A DNA stretch of 59,632 bases, the filler included. It is 8 parts of 8 records of this genome, joined end to end, with 100 filler letters (N's around TTAATTAATTAA, not from the genome) between each part and the next. Parts side by side here need not be neighbours in the genome. Positions count along the whole stretch, not along the records: positions 26,999 to 34,148 come from SRR31156797_74171; positions 34,249 to 40,467 come from SRR31156797_74181; positions 40,568 to 47,358 come from SRR31156797_74299; 5 more parts are not named here. One strand, written 5' to 3'. The notes beneath the pieces were generated by a model. The model was not told the DNA's origin, did not search any database, and saw nothing but the letters and a program-made list of their open reading frames with translations. This document shows positions 28,475 through 40,568 of this stretch, piece after piece (position 1 is the first letter of the stretch; the number at the start of each line of letters is the position of its first letter). The position numbers and the translations under genes were made by a program.

Positions 28475-31291
28475 ATGAGGATAGAGAGGGTACTGATAAA
28501 TCACTTATTCATTATTGTACTCGTGAGCTTTTTAATCGTGATAGGAGGGTGTGATACGGGTTTGAATACCGGTCCGAACGGGGGAGATGCCGGAACAACA
28601 GATACCTTCTCTATTGCCGGCGATGCTGCTGAGACGGAGACACGATCAGTGGTATTAGATTTTGATGTAGAACAGGCTGCAGCAATGCGCATCTCCAACC
28701 GACCGCTTCCAGCCGTTTCTACTACGGTAGCTTCAACCGCCGCAGCTTCAACCTCGCGGGGGCTCACACCGGATTTTGATCTGTCTACGGAACCGCTCTA
28801 TGAAACACTTGACCTTACAACCCTGGAGCTTACCCCGGCACTCGAGTCTCTGATCAACAAGTACGATGGACTCACGAATGCGGCCGTGATTGAGACCTTG
28901 AACAATAATAGCCTGGCAATCGAGATCATAGATCAGCACCCGGGAGTAGTTGAAGCGGTAAACATTGCCCCGGATATTGTCATCCCTGTAATAACCGCAC
29001 AACCCCTTGTAAATCCCCATCTGGTTGCAGCCTACACAAATATCGCAGAGGTTCTATCGGAACATTCAGGGCTTGTGACCGTTGACGACAGCGATGAGGA
29101 TTCACCAAACGCAACCGTCAATATACGAGGGCGAATGACCGATACTGAAACACTCGATTTTCTCACTGCCGTTGCAAATTATGAAGTTGCTGAAAGCGGG
29201 GTTGACTGGCTGGACACGGTAATAATGTACGAGCGTGATTCAACGGCTACCGATCCGGTACCCTGGACGGGCGAAGGCTCCATTACGACCGACTGGCTTC
29301 CCTATTCTGCCTCTATGGAATGGACATTACCTGCCGGCAATACCCAGCGCATGGTCTACGCCCAGTTCATAGATTCCGATGGGAAACTGATCTGGGATAC
29401 CCATGACGACATAAGTCTGAACGCCACCTATGAAGACGATCTTAACACCTATCTTGGAAGTATTCGGATTGTACCGCCAGACACCGATCTCGATCCTGGC
29501 GATAGCGAAGAAACAGGGACAGAGGAGGATAACAGCGGGGAAGACGACGGGATGTACTGCCAGGTTACAAGCTTCCAGGCACGTGCAGAGTATGATGAAA
29601 ATATTGTCCTGAACCCCTCTACCAGCATCATCTATCCGGGAGCAATCATAGATGCCATGTCGATTACCGAAGGAAGCTACCGAGCCCTCTCCTTCACCGA
29701 CGCGTCTAGAGGTTCGGGAACAATCCATGTTCCGGACGTTAAGAGTATCCCGAATGTATACACCACCGTAAATGAGGTGAATCCTGCGGTGGTCAATCAG
29801 GCCATGGCAACTCTGCTCCAGCAGGCGTTCGTAGATGCCGGAACAGGCTCAGTCTCTCAGCCGGCATCAACAGATGCGCCTGAATCACGTTCCCCGGTTA
29901 TCGGCGGTTCTGACTTTTTCTTCGGATCAAGCTCCGTCCCCAATCAGGGGGTAACCTTCGAAGTCATCGACGCCTATGACGAAGAATCAATGTCCTTCCA
30001 TCTCGGTGCCGAGTTCAAATACGCCGGTGCCGGTGGGGCGGCCTCATTCGACTACTCAAATGAGTCGATCAAAACGAGACTGCTCATTCGCTTCGTCCAG
30101 CATTACTATACCGTCGACTTCATGTACCCGGGGTCGGCTTCCGGCTTTTTCACTCCCGGAACAACACCGGCAAACGTGGAATCGGGCTTCGACCCCGGAA
30201 TGGTGCCGGTCTATGTCGCATCCGTAAAATACGGCAGAATGGGCTACTACTCTCTTGAATCTTCTATGACACGTAGCGATATTGCAGCTTCGCTGGAGGC
30301 ACAATACAAAGCCGGACCGGTCGAGGCCTCAGCCAACTTCTCCTTTGAACTCGGTGAAGTATCTTCAGAATCAACGACGAAAGGACAAATCTATGGCGGT
30401 GATGCAACTCTCGCGGCAGCAGCGGCTACAGATGTAGAAAAATTCTTTGACTGGATTGCAGCTGATACATGGCATATTGACAGTCTGGCCGAGCTTAACA
30501 CAGTCCCCATCAGTTATCAACTCAACTATCTGGACAACAACGAAGTCGCTCGACTCGGATTTATTTCCGATTACCAAATCCGCAACTGCTACGCTGCGGA
30601 GAATAAGTATACTGTTGGCAATTTTCGCCTCGAAATGCTGGACGTAAAGGAAGCGGATAAGGATCTTTATGGGACTATTTCAGTACGCGCCTACCAGAAT
30701 GTAGACACCGGAGAGGACAATAATTGGGACGGAGAAAACGACATTGAAATTCAGAGTGTTACACCCCAAAACGGTACCGACATTTACGCGATGGAGATAC
30801 TCCCGGAGGACAACGGCACCTATACAACCTTTAATCTCCTGACTGAATGGAATGCCTATCAGGGGGAAAACGGAGAAGAAAGTGAAGGTGGGTCAATTGA
30901 CGGGTCCAATGTCATTCAACTCAGTGGAACCGACGGTGTTGCGGTGAATACCAATGTCCCTGTGCCGGTGAAGGAACTGGAGTTTACTTTTAACCCAAAC
31001 ATGCTTTTTGCCAACCCCTATATTGAGGTTGAGGTAGACCTCAACGAATGGGACGGTGCCTACCCGGGGCAGGATTTTGGTATCGGAATAGACACCAGCG
31101 GAGATTATATAAGCTTTGATGATAAAACTCCCGCAAAACAGATTTATATAAACGGAAACTGGATGGGGGACCATTACATCGGCACTCTGGAGTCACAGGC
31201 ACACACGAAGTTCAACATCTTGTTTGAAATATGGACCACAGGAGCGCCTCATCCGGCATCAGCGGCAGCAAGTGTTAAAGGTAGTAATTAA
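28475..31291 (+). CDS. thiol-activated / cholesterol-dependent cytolysin-like (CDCL) lipoprotein
   Basis: Lipobox IGGC; NPSTSIIYPGAII, FVQHYYTVD...PVYVASVKYGR, IYGG, VPISYQL; no ECTGLAWEWWR undecapeptide. Confidence 0.85.
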   Translation: MRIERVLINHLFIIVLVSFLIVIGGCDTGLNTGPNGGDAGTTDTFSIAGDAAETETRSVVLDFDVEQAAAMRISNRPLPAVSTTVASTAAASTSRGLTPDFDLSTEPLYETLDLTTLELTPALESLINKYDGLTNAAVIETLNNNSLAIEIIDQHPGVVEAVNIAPDIVIPVITAQPLVNPHLVAAYTNIAEVLSEHSGLVTVDDSDEDSPNATVNIRGRMTDTETLDFLTAVANYEVAESGVDWLDTVIMYERDSTATDPVPWTGEGSITTDWLPYSASMEWTLPAGNTQRMVYAQFIDSDGKLIWDTHDDISLNATYEDDLNTYLGSIRIVPPDTDLDPGDSEETGTEEDNSGEDDGMYCQVTSFQARAEYDENIVLNPSTSIIYPGAIIDAMSITEGSYRALSFTDASRGSGTIHVPDVKSIPNVYTTVNEVNPAVVNQAMATLLQQAFVDAGTGSVSQPASTDAPESRSPVIGGSDFFFGSSSVPNQGVTFEVIDAYDEESMSFHLGAEFKYAGAGGAASFDYSNESIKTRLLIRFVQHYYTVDFMYPGSASGFFTPGTTPANVESGFDPGMVPVYVASVKYGRMGYYSLESSMTRSDIAASLEAQYKAGPVEASANFSFELGEVSSESTTKGQIYGGDATLAAAAATDVEKFFDWIAADTWHIDSLAELNTVPISYQLNYLDNNEVARLGFISDYQIRNCYAAENKYTVGNFRLEMLDVKEADKDLYGTISVRAYQNVDTGEDNNWDGENDIEIQSVTPQNGTDIYAMEILPEDNGTYTTFNLLTEWNAYQGENGEESEGGSIDGSNVIQLSGTDGVAVNTNVPVPVKELEFTFNPNMLFANPYIEVEVDLNEWDGAYPGQDFGIGIDTSGDYISFDDKTPAKQIYINGNWMGDHYIGTLESQAHTKFNILFEIWTTGAPHPASAAASVKGSN

Positions 31292-32811
31292 TGAATCCTC
31301 TCCTTACCGCTCATAACCTGCGATTCAGATTGGGTAGTTTGGTTCTGATATCAATCATTCTGCTATTCTCAATGTTTTTTATCTGCGGGTGCGATCTATT
31401 AAACGACCTTACGGGAAAATCCGAAACGAACGGCGAAGAAACACCGGAAAGATACACACTCTCCCTCATTTGTGACGGACCTGCATTTCTGGAACCTGAG
31501 GATAGTGTTGAGATTGAAAAGAACGCCGTTCAGGAGATCATAGTATCCCCCGCTGATGGTTTCAGCTTTCTGGAATGGGAGGTCTTTATCGGCAACGGAG
31601 TGAGTATCGCGGCCCCCTCATCAGCGTCGACAACGGTTACACTTTCGGAAGGGCCTGCAGTACTGCGGGCCCGGTTGGTCTACAATTCGGATCTATCAAC
31701 CATCACCATAATTACGTCCGAAGGAGGACAGGTTGATCAGGAAGGAGAAAACTCTGTGGAATTGGGTGAACCTACGTCAATCAAAGCAATTCCTTCGATA
31801 GGCTATCATTTTGACGGCTGGACAATTGTGGAAGGAGATGGAGCTTCTATCGCTTCTATTATTCAGGCAAACACGACTGTAACAATCACAAGCGGCACCG
31901 CAACCATCCAGGCGAACTTCAAAGATGCCGAAACCCAAGCCGCAGGCTCTCTGCTTGTACAGGCCGCGGAAGGCGGAACAGTAACTCCGCAGGGAAGCCA
32001 GACAGTCCGACTGGACCAGGCCCTGGAAATCTCTGCAGATTCGAACAGCGGCTATGATTTTACAGGCTGGAGTGTTCTTGATGAGGCCGATGTAACCCTT
32101 ACGGACTCTACAGCCGCCACAACCACGGTCACCCTCAACTCCGGTGTTGCAACTGTTGAAGCTGGTTTTTCACCGATACCCGAATACACCCTCACGGTCG
32201 CTGAGTCAGAAAACGGTACCGGCAGGCCGACCGATCCAACGACCGAATTCCGGGGCACACCAATATCGATAACAGCCAGCCCGGATCCGGGGTACATCTT
32301 TGACCACTGGCAGATCGTATATTGGCTCATATTCGGCGGAGAATGGGTGGTTGATGACTCACCGACAGGAATTACTATTGCAAATCCAGATGCTTCTTCG
32401 ACAACCGTGACCCTGACAGGCGGCGACAGGGCGGTCCAGGCGGTCTTTATAGAAGCCCCGAGCCACATAGCGAGTATCTCCAATGTAAAGTGGGCCGCAG
32501 TAACCGACAGCGATCGGGATAACTATGCTGAAGCATTGCTCCTGCAGTTTGATGTAACGGTAACAGGCAGCGGCACCTTCAGCGGACAAATATATTATAC
32601 TCCCGAAAGGGGCATGCCCACGCTTTACGGTATCATTAATGATATCGGCACTCCAGTCCGTCCCGGGGAACCGATCGAAGTCCAATATGCCATTTCAGCA
32701 GCAGGGATGGTACACGGGACCTACGATTTCTCGATCCGCGTTATGTATCAGAGTGACATTATGGACACTTACAGTGGAAGTCCACTCATTGATGTGGGAT
32801 TGGAGCCATAG
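31291..32811 (+). CDS. lipoprotein with four InlB B-repeat-like (Flg_new) domains
   Basis: Lipobox ICGC; four repeats of the pattern I.A.P..GY.F..W.....TTVTL....V.A.F; TAATG overlap with the upstream stop. Confidence 0.8.
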   Translation: MNPLLTAHNLRFRLGSLVLISIILLFSMFFICGCDLLNDLTGKSETNGEETPERYTLSLICDGPAFLEPEDSVEIEKNAVQEIIVSPADGFSFLEWEVFIGNGVSIAAPSSASTTVTLSEGPAVLRARLVYNSDLSTITIITSEGGQVDQEGENSVELGEPTSIKAIPSIGYHFDGWTIVEGDGASIASIIQANTTVTITSGTATIQANFKDAETQAAGSLLVQAAEGGTVTPQGSQTVRLDQALEISADSNSGYDFTGWSVLDEADVTLTDSTAATTTVTLNSGVATVEAGFSPIPEYTLTVAESENGTGRPTDPTTEFRGTPISITASPDPGYIFDHWQIVYWLIFGGEWVVDDSPTGITIANPDASSTTVTLTGGDRAVQAVFIEAPSHIASISNVKWAAVTDSDRDNYAEALLLQFDVTVTGSGTFSGQIYYTPERGMPTLYGIINDIGTPVRPGEPIEVQYAISAAGMVHGTYDFSIRVMYQSDIMDTYSGSPLIDVGLEP

Positions 32812-32984
32812 CCATGCCGGCCGAAAGAATAATGTTCACCGAAGACAACAACAAGAGAGACAGGGCTTCAAGTCCTCAATTTGACTCCCTTCCAGGCTGT
32901 TCGCCCCGACTACCCTTGCTGCAAGATTCTTCTTAAAAAGAAATCTACTTAAGAACAACCAATTGCCATATATAGAATTCAGCA

Positions 32985-33824
32985 ATGGAGAATGGATTAA
33001 TGAAAACAGATGTGGAGATGGAGCTCGATGATCGCGACAGCTGTTCGAGATCCATGCTCACTCTGCTGAATGCGGTGGCCGGAACTCCCCGGAAAGTTTT
33101 GGAGGAAGCCAGCGCGCACCTCTATGGGCAGGTTATAGCGGAGCTGGAAGAATGCTGTGGGATCTTCTGGGACGGGTCCCTTGCCGCCGGCGTCAGAGCC
33201 TCGGAGCGGATTGCCCCCCCCGAAGCGGCAGCCTTTTCGGCTCTTGCGGCAGCAAAGGAACTCTTCAGGCTATCCGTAGAAATCGATGCCGCGGAGACGT
33301 GCGGCGAGTTCAATGATCTACAAAAATATCAAATCCGGATGAAAGAGTACGCCTCTCTCTTTCACAAAAAAATCGATCAGATCCTGGACGAACCTTGCAT
33401 CGGAACATCTTCCCCCTGCCGAAACTGCGCCGTAGAAGGCTACCGGCAGGCTACCCGGATCCTGGGACTCCGGGAGACGGATGATATTGTTACCGCGGGA
33501 CTGGCGGGAGGTGTGGGACTCTCGGGAAATGTCTGCGGCGCTCTTTCGGCCTCTCTCCTGGCGATAGCGGTGAAATACTTTGAAAACAACAAAAAATCGC
33601 ATGACGGAAAGACAAGCTCCATCCTCCAGGAGATGTATATCGGCGATCGCTGGATGACTCCCCTCCATAACATCTCACGAAGGTTTCTCAAGGAAACAGG
33701 ATTCAAGCAGTGCTACAAAAGGACAGAACGGTATTTTAAGACTCCGGAGGAACTTTCCATATATCTTCAAGAGGGACATTGTGATGAAGTATTAAAGACT
33801 TTGGACAATCTCCTGAAATCGTAA
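32985..33824 (+). CDS. C-GCAxxG-C-C family redox-active protein (duplicated domain)
   Basis: CS...CCG and NCA...GLAGGVGLSGNVCGAL...C...C. Confidence 0.7.
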   Translation: MENGLMKTDVEMELDDRDSCSRSMLTLLNAVAGTPRKVLEEASAHLYGQVIAELEECCGIFWDGSLAAGVRASERIAPPEAAAFSALAAAKELFRLSVEIDAAETCGEFNDLQKYQIRMKEYASLFHKKIDQILDEPCIGTSSPCRNCAVEGYRQATRILGLRETDDIVTAGLAGGVGLSGNVCGALSASLLAIAVKYFENNKKSHDGKTSSILQEMYIGDRWMTPLHNISRRFLKETGFKQCYKRTERYFKTPEELSIYLQEGHCDEVLKTLDNLLKS

Positions 33825-34005
33825 TTCCAAATTATCTCCGAAACCTTATTGCCTCTTCCCAGAAGAAGCCCCCCATACTGTCGACCTTTCCGTTGATAAT
33901 GCAAAGATAAACGTGATTAGCATTAAACCTCACCATCTCTCTCCTGATAAACTGTGATAGAATGAGGAAACTTCTGAGATTTGATAGAACGGGAGAGGAG
34001 TTGAA

Positions 34006-34148
34006 GTGTACAATCTTTTACTTGTGGATGATGAATATCCGGAATTGGAAGGGCTCCAGTATACGGTGGACTGGGCCTCCTACGAATTGGACTTGAAGTG
34101 GGCCACAACCAGCGCTGCCGAGGCCCTGGAAATCATTAAAACTGAAAA
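34006..34148 (+). CDS. response regulator N-terminus (YesN-like), truncated
   Basis: RBS GAGGAG, GTG start, LLVDDE receiver motif. Confidence 0.75.
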
Positions 34149-34248
34149 NNNNNNNNNNNNNNNNNNNNNNNNNNNNNNNNNNNNNNNNNNNNTTAATTAA
34201 TTAANNNNNNNNNNNNNNNNNNNNNNNNNNNNNNNNNNNNNNNNNNNN
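34149..34248. other. artificial contig spacer
   Basis: N44-TTAATTAATTAA-N44. Confidence 0.98.
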
Positions 34249-37200
34249 CATAGGATTCAGAGAAAAATCCTTGAGATACTCGGTCAGCACTTCCTGGCTT
34301 GTGGAATTATCATCCACGATCAGAACGTCCATGCCCTTGAGATTAGGAGGAATGATTTCCCTGACGATCTCCTCTCTCACCTGGAACAGGGAGTTGAAGT
34401 AAAAGGTGGAGCCCTCGCCATATACGCTGCTCACGCCTATACGTCCTCCCATCATCTCGGCCAGGCGCTTGCTGATAGAAAGCCCCAGACCCGTGCCTCC
34501 GTACTTCCTCGTGGTAGAGGTGTCGGCCTGACTAAAGGCCTGGAAGAGCGTCCCTTGCTGTTCTCCGGTGAGACCTATTCCCGTATCACGCACCGAGAAT
34601 TTCAGGTCCGCCTCCGAATCCTTCATTCCCTGCAGTTCCACGCTAACGGCGATTTCTCCGACCTCCGTAAACTTGATCGCGTTGTTCGCCAGGTTAAGAA
34701 GCACCTGCCCCAGCCTTAGAGGATCTCCCATAAGCTGGGTGGGAACGCCGGTGCCGATATGGAATACCAACTCCAGATTCTTATCCCGGGCCTTTTCACT
34801 GATCATGCTGCCCAGATTGTCGAAGACGTCATGGAGATCAAAACTGATCTCCTCGATATCCAGCTTGCCCGCCTCGATCTTTGAGAAATCCAGGATATCG
34901 TTGATGATGCCCAAAAGGTTGTGGGCCGAACCGTGGATTTTCTGTATATAGTCTTCCTGTTTCTTAGTCAGATCGGTTTTCTGAATCAGATGGGACAGGC
35001 CTATGATGGCGTTCATGGGCGTCCTGATCTCATGGCTCATATTGGCCAGGAAGTTGGACTTGGCTCTGGTCGCCTCCTCCGCAAGCTCTTTGGCCTCTTT
35101 CAGCTCGTCCTCGAATTCGACCCGCTCGGTAAGGTCGATCCACATGGTAATGGCCAGCTCACCGAACTGAATAGTGTTGGATATGAGCTTGAGGATCTTT
35201 CCGGACTTCGCCCGGATGTCCAGGAACATCGGCTCCATGGGTTCTCCGGTTTCGGCGGACTTGGCGATGAGGCCGGTCCACTCTTCCCGGACCTTATCCC
35301 TGTAGGCCGGGTCGGGGTAGAACAGATCCCAGTGTGCTTCTACCGTGGGTATATCCTCCACCGTGTATCCCATCAGATTGGTGCAGGCCCTGTTCATATG
35401 AATGACCTCTCCGGTGGGGGAAAAGTGAGCCGCCGCAATAGGCATCTCCTCAATGAGGGTTTGCAGCTGGGCATGTTTTTCCTCCAGCTCCCTGCGGCCT
35501 TCTTCCGCCAGGTCTTTGGCATCCGCCAGGTTCTGTTCGGCGTTCTTCCGTTCGGTGATATCCTGATTGATTCCCATCAGGATTCTGGGACTGCCGTCGC
35601 TATTGCGTTCGACGATCTTGCCGGCTCCCGACAGCCAGACATACTCTTCATTGGAAGGGTGTCGGTAGCGGAACTCGGAGTAGTACATATCCGTTCTCCC
35701 TTCCAGGTGATCTGTAAGGTCCTGAAATGTACTGTCCCTGTCGTCAGGATGCAGACGCTCGCGCCAGACCTCCGAAACCTTCTGCTGGGAAGGATCGAAT
35801 CCGAAGACCGTTTCGTACATGGGAGACCCTATCGTTCTGTCTTCGGCCGTATACCATTCCCAAGTCGCCAGTCCGGCGCTTTCGGTGGCTATCTTAAAGC
35901 GTTCTTCGCTGCGCTTGATTTCGTCTTCAATCCTCTTACGCTCGGTGATGTCCAGGATGCTCCCGACCATGCGGAGGGGCTCCCCCCCCGGTCCGCGCTG
36001 GACGACCTTGCCACGGTCCTCGACCCATATGACGGAGCCGTCGTTCTTCAGAAGCCGATGCTCGCTGAAATAGGGAGAATCGTCTTCCAGGGTATTGTTG
36101 ATGCCCTTCATCACCATGTCCGCGTCTTCTGGATACAGGAGGGATCCGAAAAACTCCATATCATGGCGGAGGAAGGAAGGATCGAAGCCCATCATATCCA
36201 GCCAGGTATTGTTATGGCTGACCATTCCCGTTGAAACGTCCCAGTCCCAGATGCCTTCTCCCGTAGCCTCGAAGGCGTAAGCCAGCTGCTCCTGACTAAC
36301 CTTCAGGGCCTCTTCATTTCTTTTCTGATCCGTGATGTCCTGATAGGCTCCGTACATATACAGGATCTCGCCGTCCCTGTTACGGACCACCTTCCCCGCC
36401 GCATGTACCCAGACGATCCTGCCGTTTACAGGACTCTTATAGGCATACTCGGCATCATAGCTTTCGTATTTGCCGTCTATGGTCCCTTTGTAGCGTTCTG
36501 CGGCCAGGGCGGCGGTTTCCTTGTTGGCGGCTTCCAGATTGCAGAACCATTCATCCTGCAAATGATAGCGGCCGTCAGCTTTAGGCGGATCCCCCAGGAT
36601 TTCCGCTGCCCTTTCAGACTGGATGTAATAGTCCGGATCGCTGTAATCCACATGCCAGTAACCACTGTTGGTCAATTCCAGGGCCACATCGCTTCTGAAG
36701 TTAATCTGCTCGATCTCCTTCTGCTGCTCCAGCCGTTCGCTCAGGTCATGGAAGCTGACCAGAAGTACTGTATCGCCATCCAGTTCCAGAGGGGTCAGGG
36801 TGATTTCCACCGGCAGGAGGGAGCCGTCCTTTTTTTGATGCGTCCAGTCGAAGCGCAATCCGTTTTCCTTCAGGCTGAGGGCGATTTTCGCTGCTGCTTC
36901 CTCATCAGAACGGCTGCCGTTGGGCTGGTACTCAGGCGACAGGAAGCCGGGGGGATGGCCGATGATATCGGACTTCCGATCGTATCCGAGCATCTCCACG
37001 GCAGTTCTGTTACAGTCCGTAAAGATTCCGTTACTCAGTATGAGATAGGCATCGGCGGCCTTGTCAAAGAGTATTTCGAATCGTTCACGGCTTTTCCTTA
37101 TTTCCCGTTCCCCCTCCAGCCTCTCTGTGAGATCCTGATGGATGCCGGTCATGACCGAGGCCCGGCCCTGTCCGTTCAGGGATACATAGTATTTCACAAG

Positions 37201-40200
37201 AGCATGTTGCACAGCTCCTGATTTTGTAATGACCCTGTACTCGAACTGACCGTTGTGTTCACCCGTCCCAGCGGCGGCATGGGCGATCCTGTCCCGGACG
37301 ATGAGCCTATCCTCGGGATGGACATAGCGTTCGAGATAGGTCTCCGTATCCATTATGTATCCCCCCTCTTCACCGACTGTGGTTTCCAGAAGACGGTAAA
37401 CGCTGTCGCTGAAGGTCAGGACTCCGCTGACCAGGTCCAGTTTCCAATACCCCATCCGGGCCATTTCGGAAGCGAAATTAAGGGACTGATACATCTCCAT
37501 CAGTTCTCTGGAGGCATTCTTTCTCTCGGTAATGTCCAGAGAGTATTCGATCATCTGCACAACGTCGCCAATGTCATCAAAGATGGGATAACCGTGGACT
37601 TCAACAAAGCGAGGATTGTCGTTTTCATCAAAATGAATATGCTCCACTTCCACCTGGTCTTTGGTTTTCATCACCTCCACCAGGGGGCAGGGATGCTCCT
37701 TGCTGTCGCAGGGGGTATCTCTGCGATGGGTAAGACGGTAGCATGTGGATATTTCTTGTCCTTTGCTTGCTTTTTTCGCCGCCGAGTTGGCCAGGACGAT
37801 CTCATGAGTTTTCACATCAATCACATAAAAGGGGTGGGTGAGGGCTTCGATGGTGTTTTCCAGATTGCGTTTGCTCTCGGAAACCTCCCTGGTCCGCGCG
37901 GCGACCCGCCCTTCCAGCTCGTCATTGGCCCGGGCCAGAGAACTGTTGGCCCTCTCTCCGATGGAGATGCTGAAAATGGTCACTCCCGAAGCCACCAGGA
38001 TGATGATCACCAGAAGCATAACGACCAGAGTGAGGATCTGCCGGTAGGACTCCAGAGCATCAATGGTATCCACTTCGATAGTCAGGCCGTATTTCAAATG
38101 GGAATTCCAGAGCCATATGCCATAGACCTCCACTCCCCTGTAATCCCGGTAGCCTCTGAAGTTGAATCCCGACCGCCCGGCAAGGGCCTCTGAAGCCATC
38201 AGGGTAAAGGGTCGGTCCTCCTGGACGGCAACGGGAGGGAACCCCTCTTCCAGGTTTCCTCCGGGATCCTTGATATAAAGATTCAGGGCGCTGGACTGTC
38301 CAGCCTCCAGAAGACCGATGTTTTGCAGGGCCAGATCAAATCGGCTCTGGGAGAGGAGAAGCCCCGTTCTATCAAAGGCGTAGGTCTCCCCGGTACTTCC
38401 GAATCGGCCGATCTGACAGAGAGTTGTGAACATAGGGACCGGATCCTCGCTCTGAATCAGAACAGCGATGACATCGCCTGAATTATCGTATACGGGTACG
38501 GCATAATACATAACAGCCCGGTCAGGTCTTTCGTCCCCGACAGGGGAGGACAGGCCGGGGGGAATGAAAACAGGGCTTCCCCGCAGGACCTGCTCCCAGA
38601 GGGAAGGCTCCTTTTCGAAAACGACATGTTCTGATCCGATGCTGTTAACAAAAGACGATGCAAGATTAATGCCTTCGGGAGAAACGACGAAGTATGCGTC
38701 ATTAAAAGAGTAAGGAAGATACTTGTCGAAGTAATTGCGGATACTATCCATTTCAGAACTTGCCAGCAAGGCGTCCTTGCGGGGCTCCACTGCCAGAAGA
38801 TCACCTACCAGAAGACTGACCTGGGGATTCAGACCTACCTGCTCCACCTGCTTGAACATTTCACGAATCCTGTAGTCCAGGGCTTCGCTGGTAGTCTTGA
38901 GAGTCACATTCATATTCTCCCGGACAGAGGCGACAACATCTTTCCTGAACTTCGACAGGCCGATGTAGGAGATCAGGATGATAAAAGAAATGCTGATGCC
39001 GAGACTGACATAGCTGAACAGGCGTATCCTCCTGATGTTGAAGCCCTTCCTATTCTTTCGTTTCACCAGAATTTGAAAAACAACGAGTACGATAAGAAAG
39101 CCCGCCATAATCAGCAGGATCCTGATGAACAGTGCAAAAAGACTCAGACTCGGTTCGCCGCCGGGAAGTAGATCGCTGTCGTAGGCTCCGCCGAACCAGC
39201 GTTCGTTGAGGAGGTTCATTTCCTCTACGGTTACCTGGCTCATGGATTTCTGGAGGATGTTCCTTAGCTGAGGCCAGTCGTCACGAACGGCGATATTGAG
39301 TTTGCTGATCTCTTCATCTCCCAGATCCGCCTCGCCGGTCATGCTGATACCCCTCAGGCTGTTCTCGTCAATCAGATAGCGGATGACCGCCTGTTCCCCC
39401 AGGGAGGCATCCGCCTCGCCGAAGATAACGGCCTTCAGAGCTCCCAGCATATCTTCTTTCAGGAGCAGTTTGATCTGCGGAAAATCCCGCTCCAGGATTT
39501 CCTGATAGAAGAAGCCTTCGGGGATGGCAATGGTTTTCCCCGCCAGTTCGGATATCGCACTGTAGGGATACCTATCCCTGCTGACGATGGCATTGGGGTT
39601 CTGGGAGTAGGCGTCCGTGTAGAGAAGGTACCCCTCCCGGTCCTCTGTCCGGACGATGTTCAGCATCACATCCAGGTCTTTGCTTCTGATCATAGCCAGG
39701 AATTCGTTCCATGAGGGTCCGGAAATATATGTGATATCCAATCCGGCTTTCTCCGCCAGAAGATCCATGTAATCTATGGAGAATCCCATAGCCTTGTCAC
39801 TCTTATTGAAGTTGAAGGGAGGCCAGTCCATCTCATTGTGGATGCGAATGGTTCCGATATCCCTCAGAAACTGTTCCTCTTCGGGAGTCAGGATGATTTT
39901 CCTGGCTTTCCCGGCATCGATTGTCCGGGTCAATTCATCAAGATCCATGAAACTCCGAATGAGAGAATCATTGTGATTCTTCGAGTAGGGGATGAAATCG
40001 ATCTGTTCAGGAGAACGGGACATCAGCACCCGAAAGGAGGAGAGGTTAGACTTGTTCACCGCATACATGGGAGTGATGAAGGACAGGCCTTCTGAAGCGA
40101 AGTCGAATCCCTTCAGATAATCGTACATCATCAGAACGGACCAAGCACCCATCATGAAATGCCCGCCTACGGAACAGTGCTGTGTGCCTTCGAAGATAGC

Positions 40201-40467
40201 GCTCAGGGCCTCATCCGACCAGTTGACCCCTCCCAGAAAGATACGCTGTTCGATGCCCAGCTCCTCTATGGCGTCCCTTACCCCCGCAGCCATCCTGTCG
40301 CTGGCGCACCAGACCACATTAATTTCGGGATTCCGACCGTACTCGGTTTTAAAGATCTCCCCCGCAGTCTCCCTGTTCCAGGAAGCAGAAGCCTTCACAA
40401 AGCTTTTGACATCGGGATTCTGGCTGACAAAGGATTCCAGCCCTTCCGTCCGTTTCCGGGTTACCTC
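34249..40467 (-). CDS. very large hybrid sensor histidine kinase, partial at both ends
   Basis: Frame is open across the whole contig: sugar-type binding domain, SBP_bac_3 (DWPPF), TMs, Cache (YRDYRG), about seven PAS domains, H-box [16 protein letters not shown] boxes, start of REC (LIVDDN). Confidence 0.92.
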
Positions 40468-40567
40468 NNNNNNNNNNNNNNNNNNNNNNNNNNNNNNNNN
40501 NNNNNNNNNNNTTAATTAATTAANNNNNNNNNNNNNNNNNNNNNNNNNNNNNNNNNNNNNNNNNNNN
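40468..40567. other. artificial contig spacer
   Basis: N44-TTAATTAATTAA-N44. Confidence 0.98.
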
Positions 40568-40568
40568 A

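Noticed and set aside
34921-38193. Long plus-strand ORFs (437, 272 and 312 aa) opposite the hybrid kinase
   Set aside because: Antisense shadows of a GC-rich coding strand, with no recognisable motifs.
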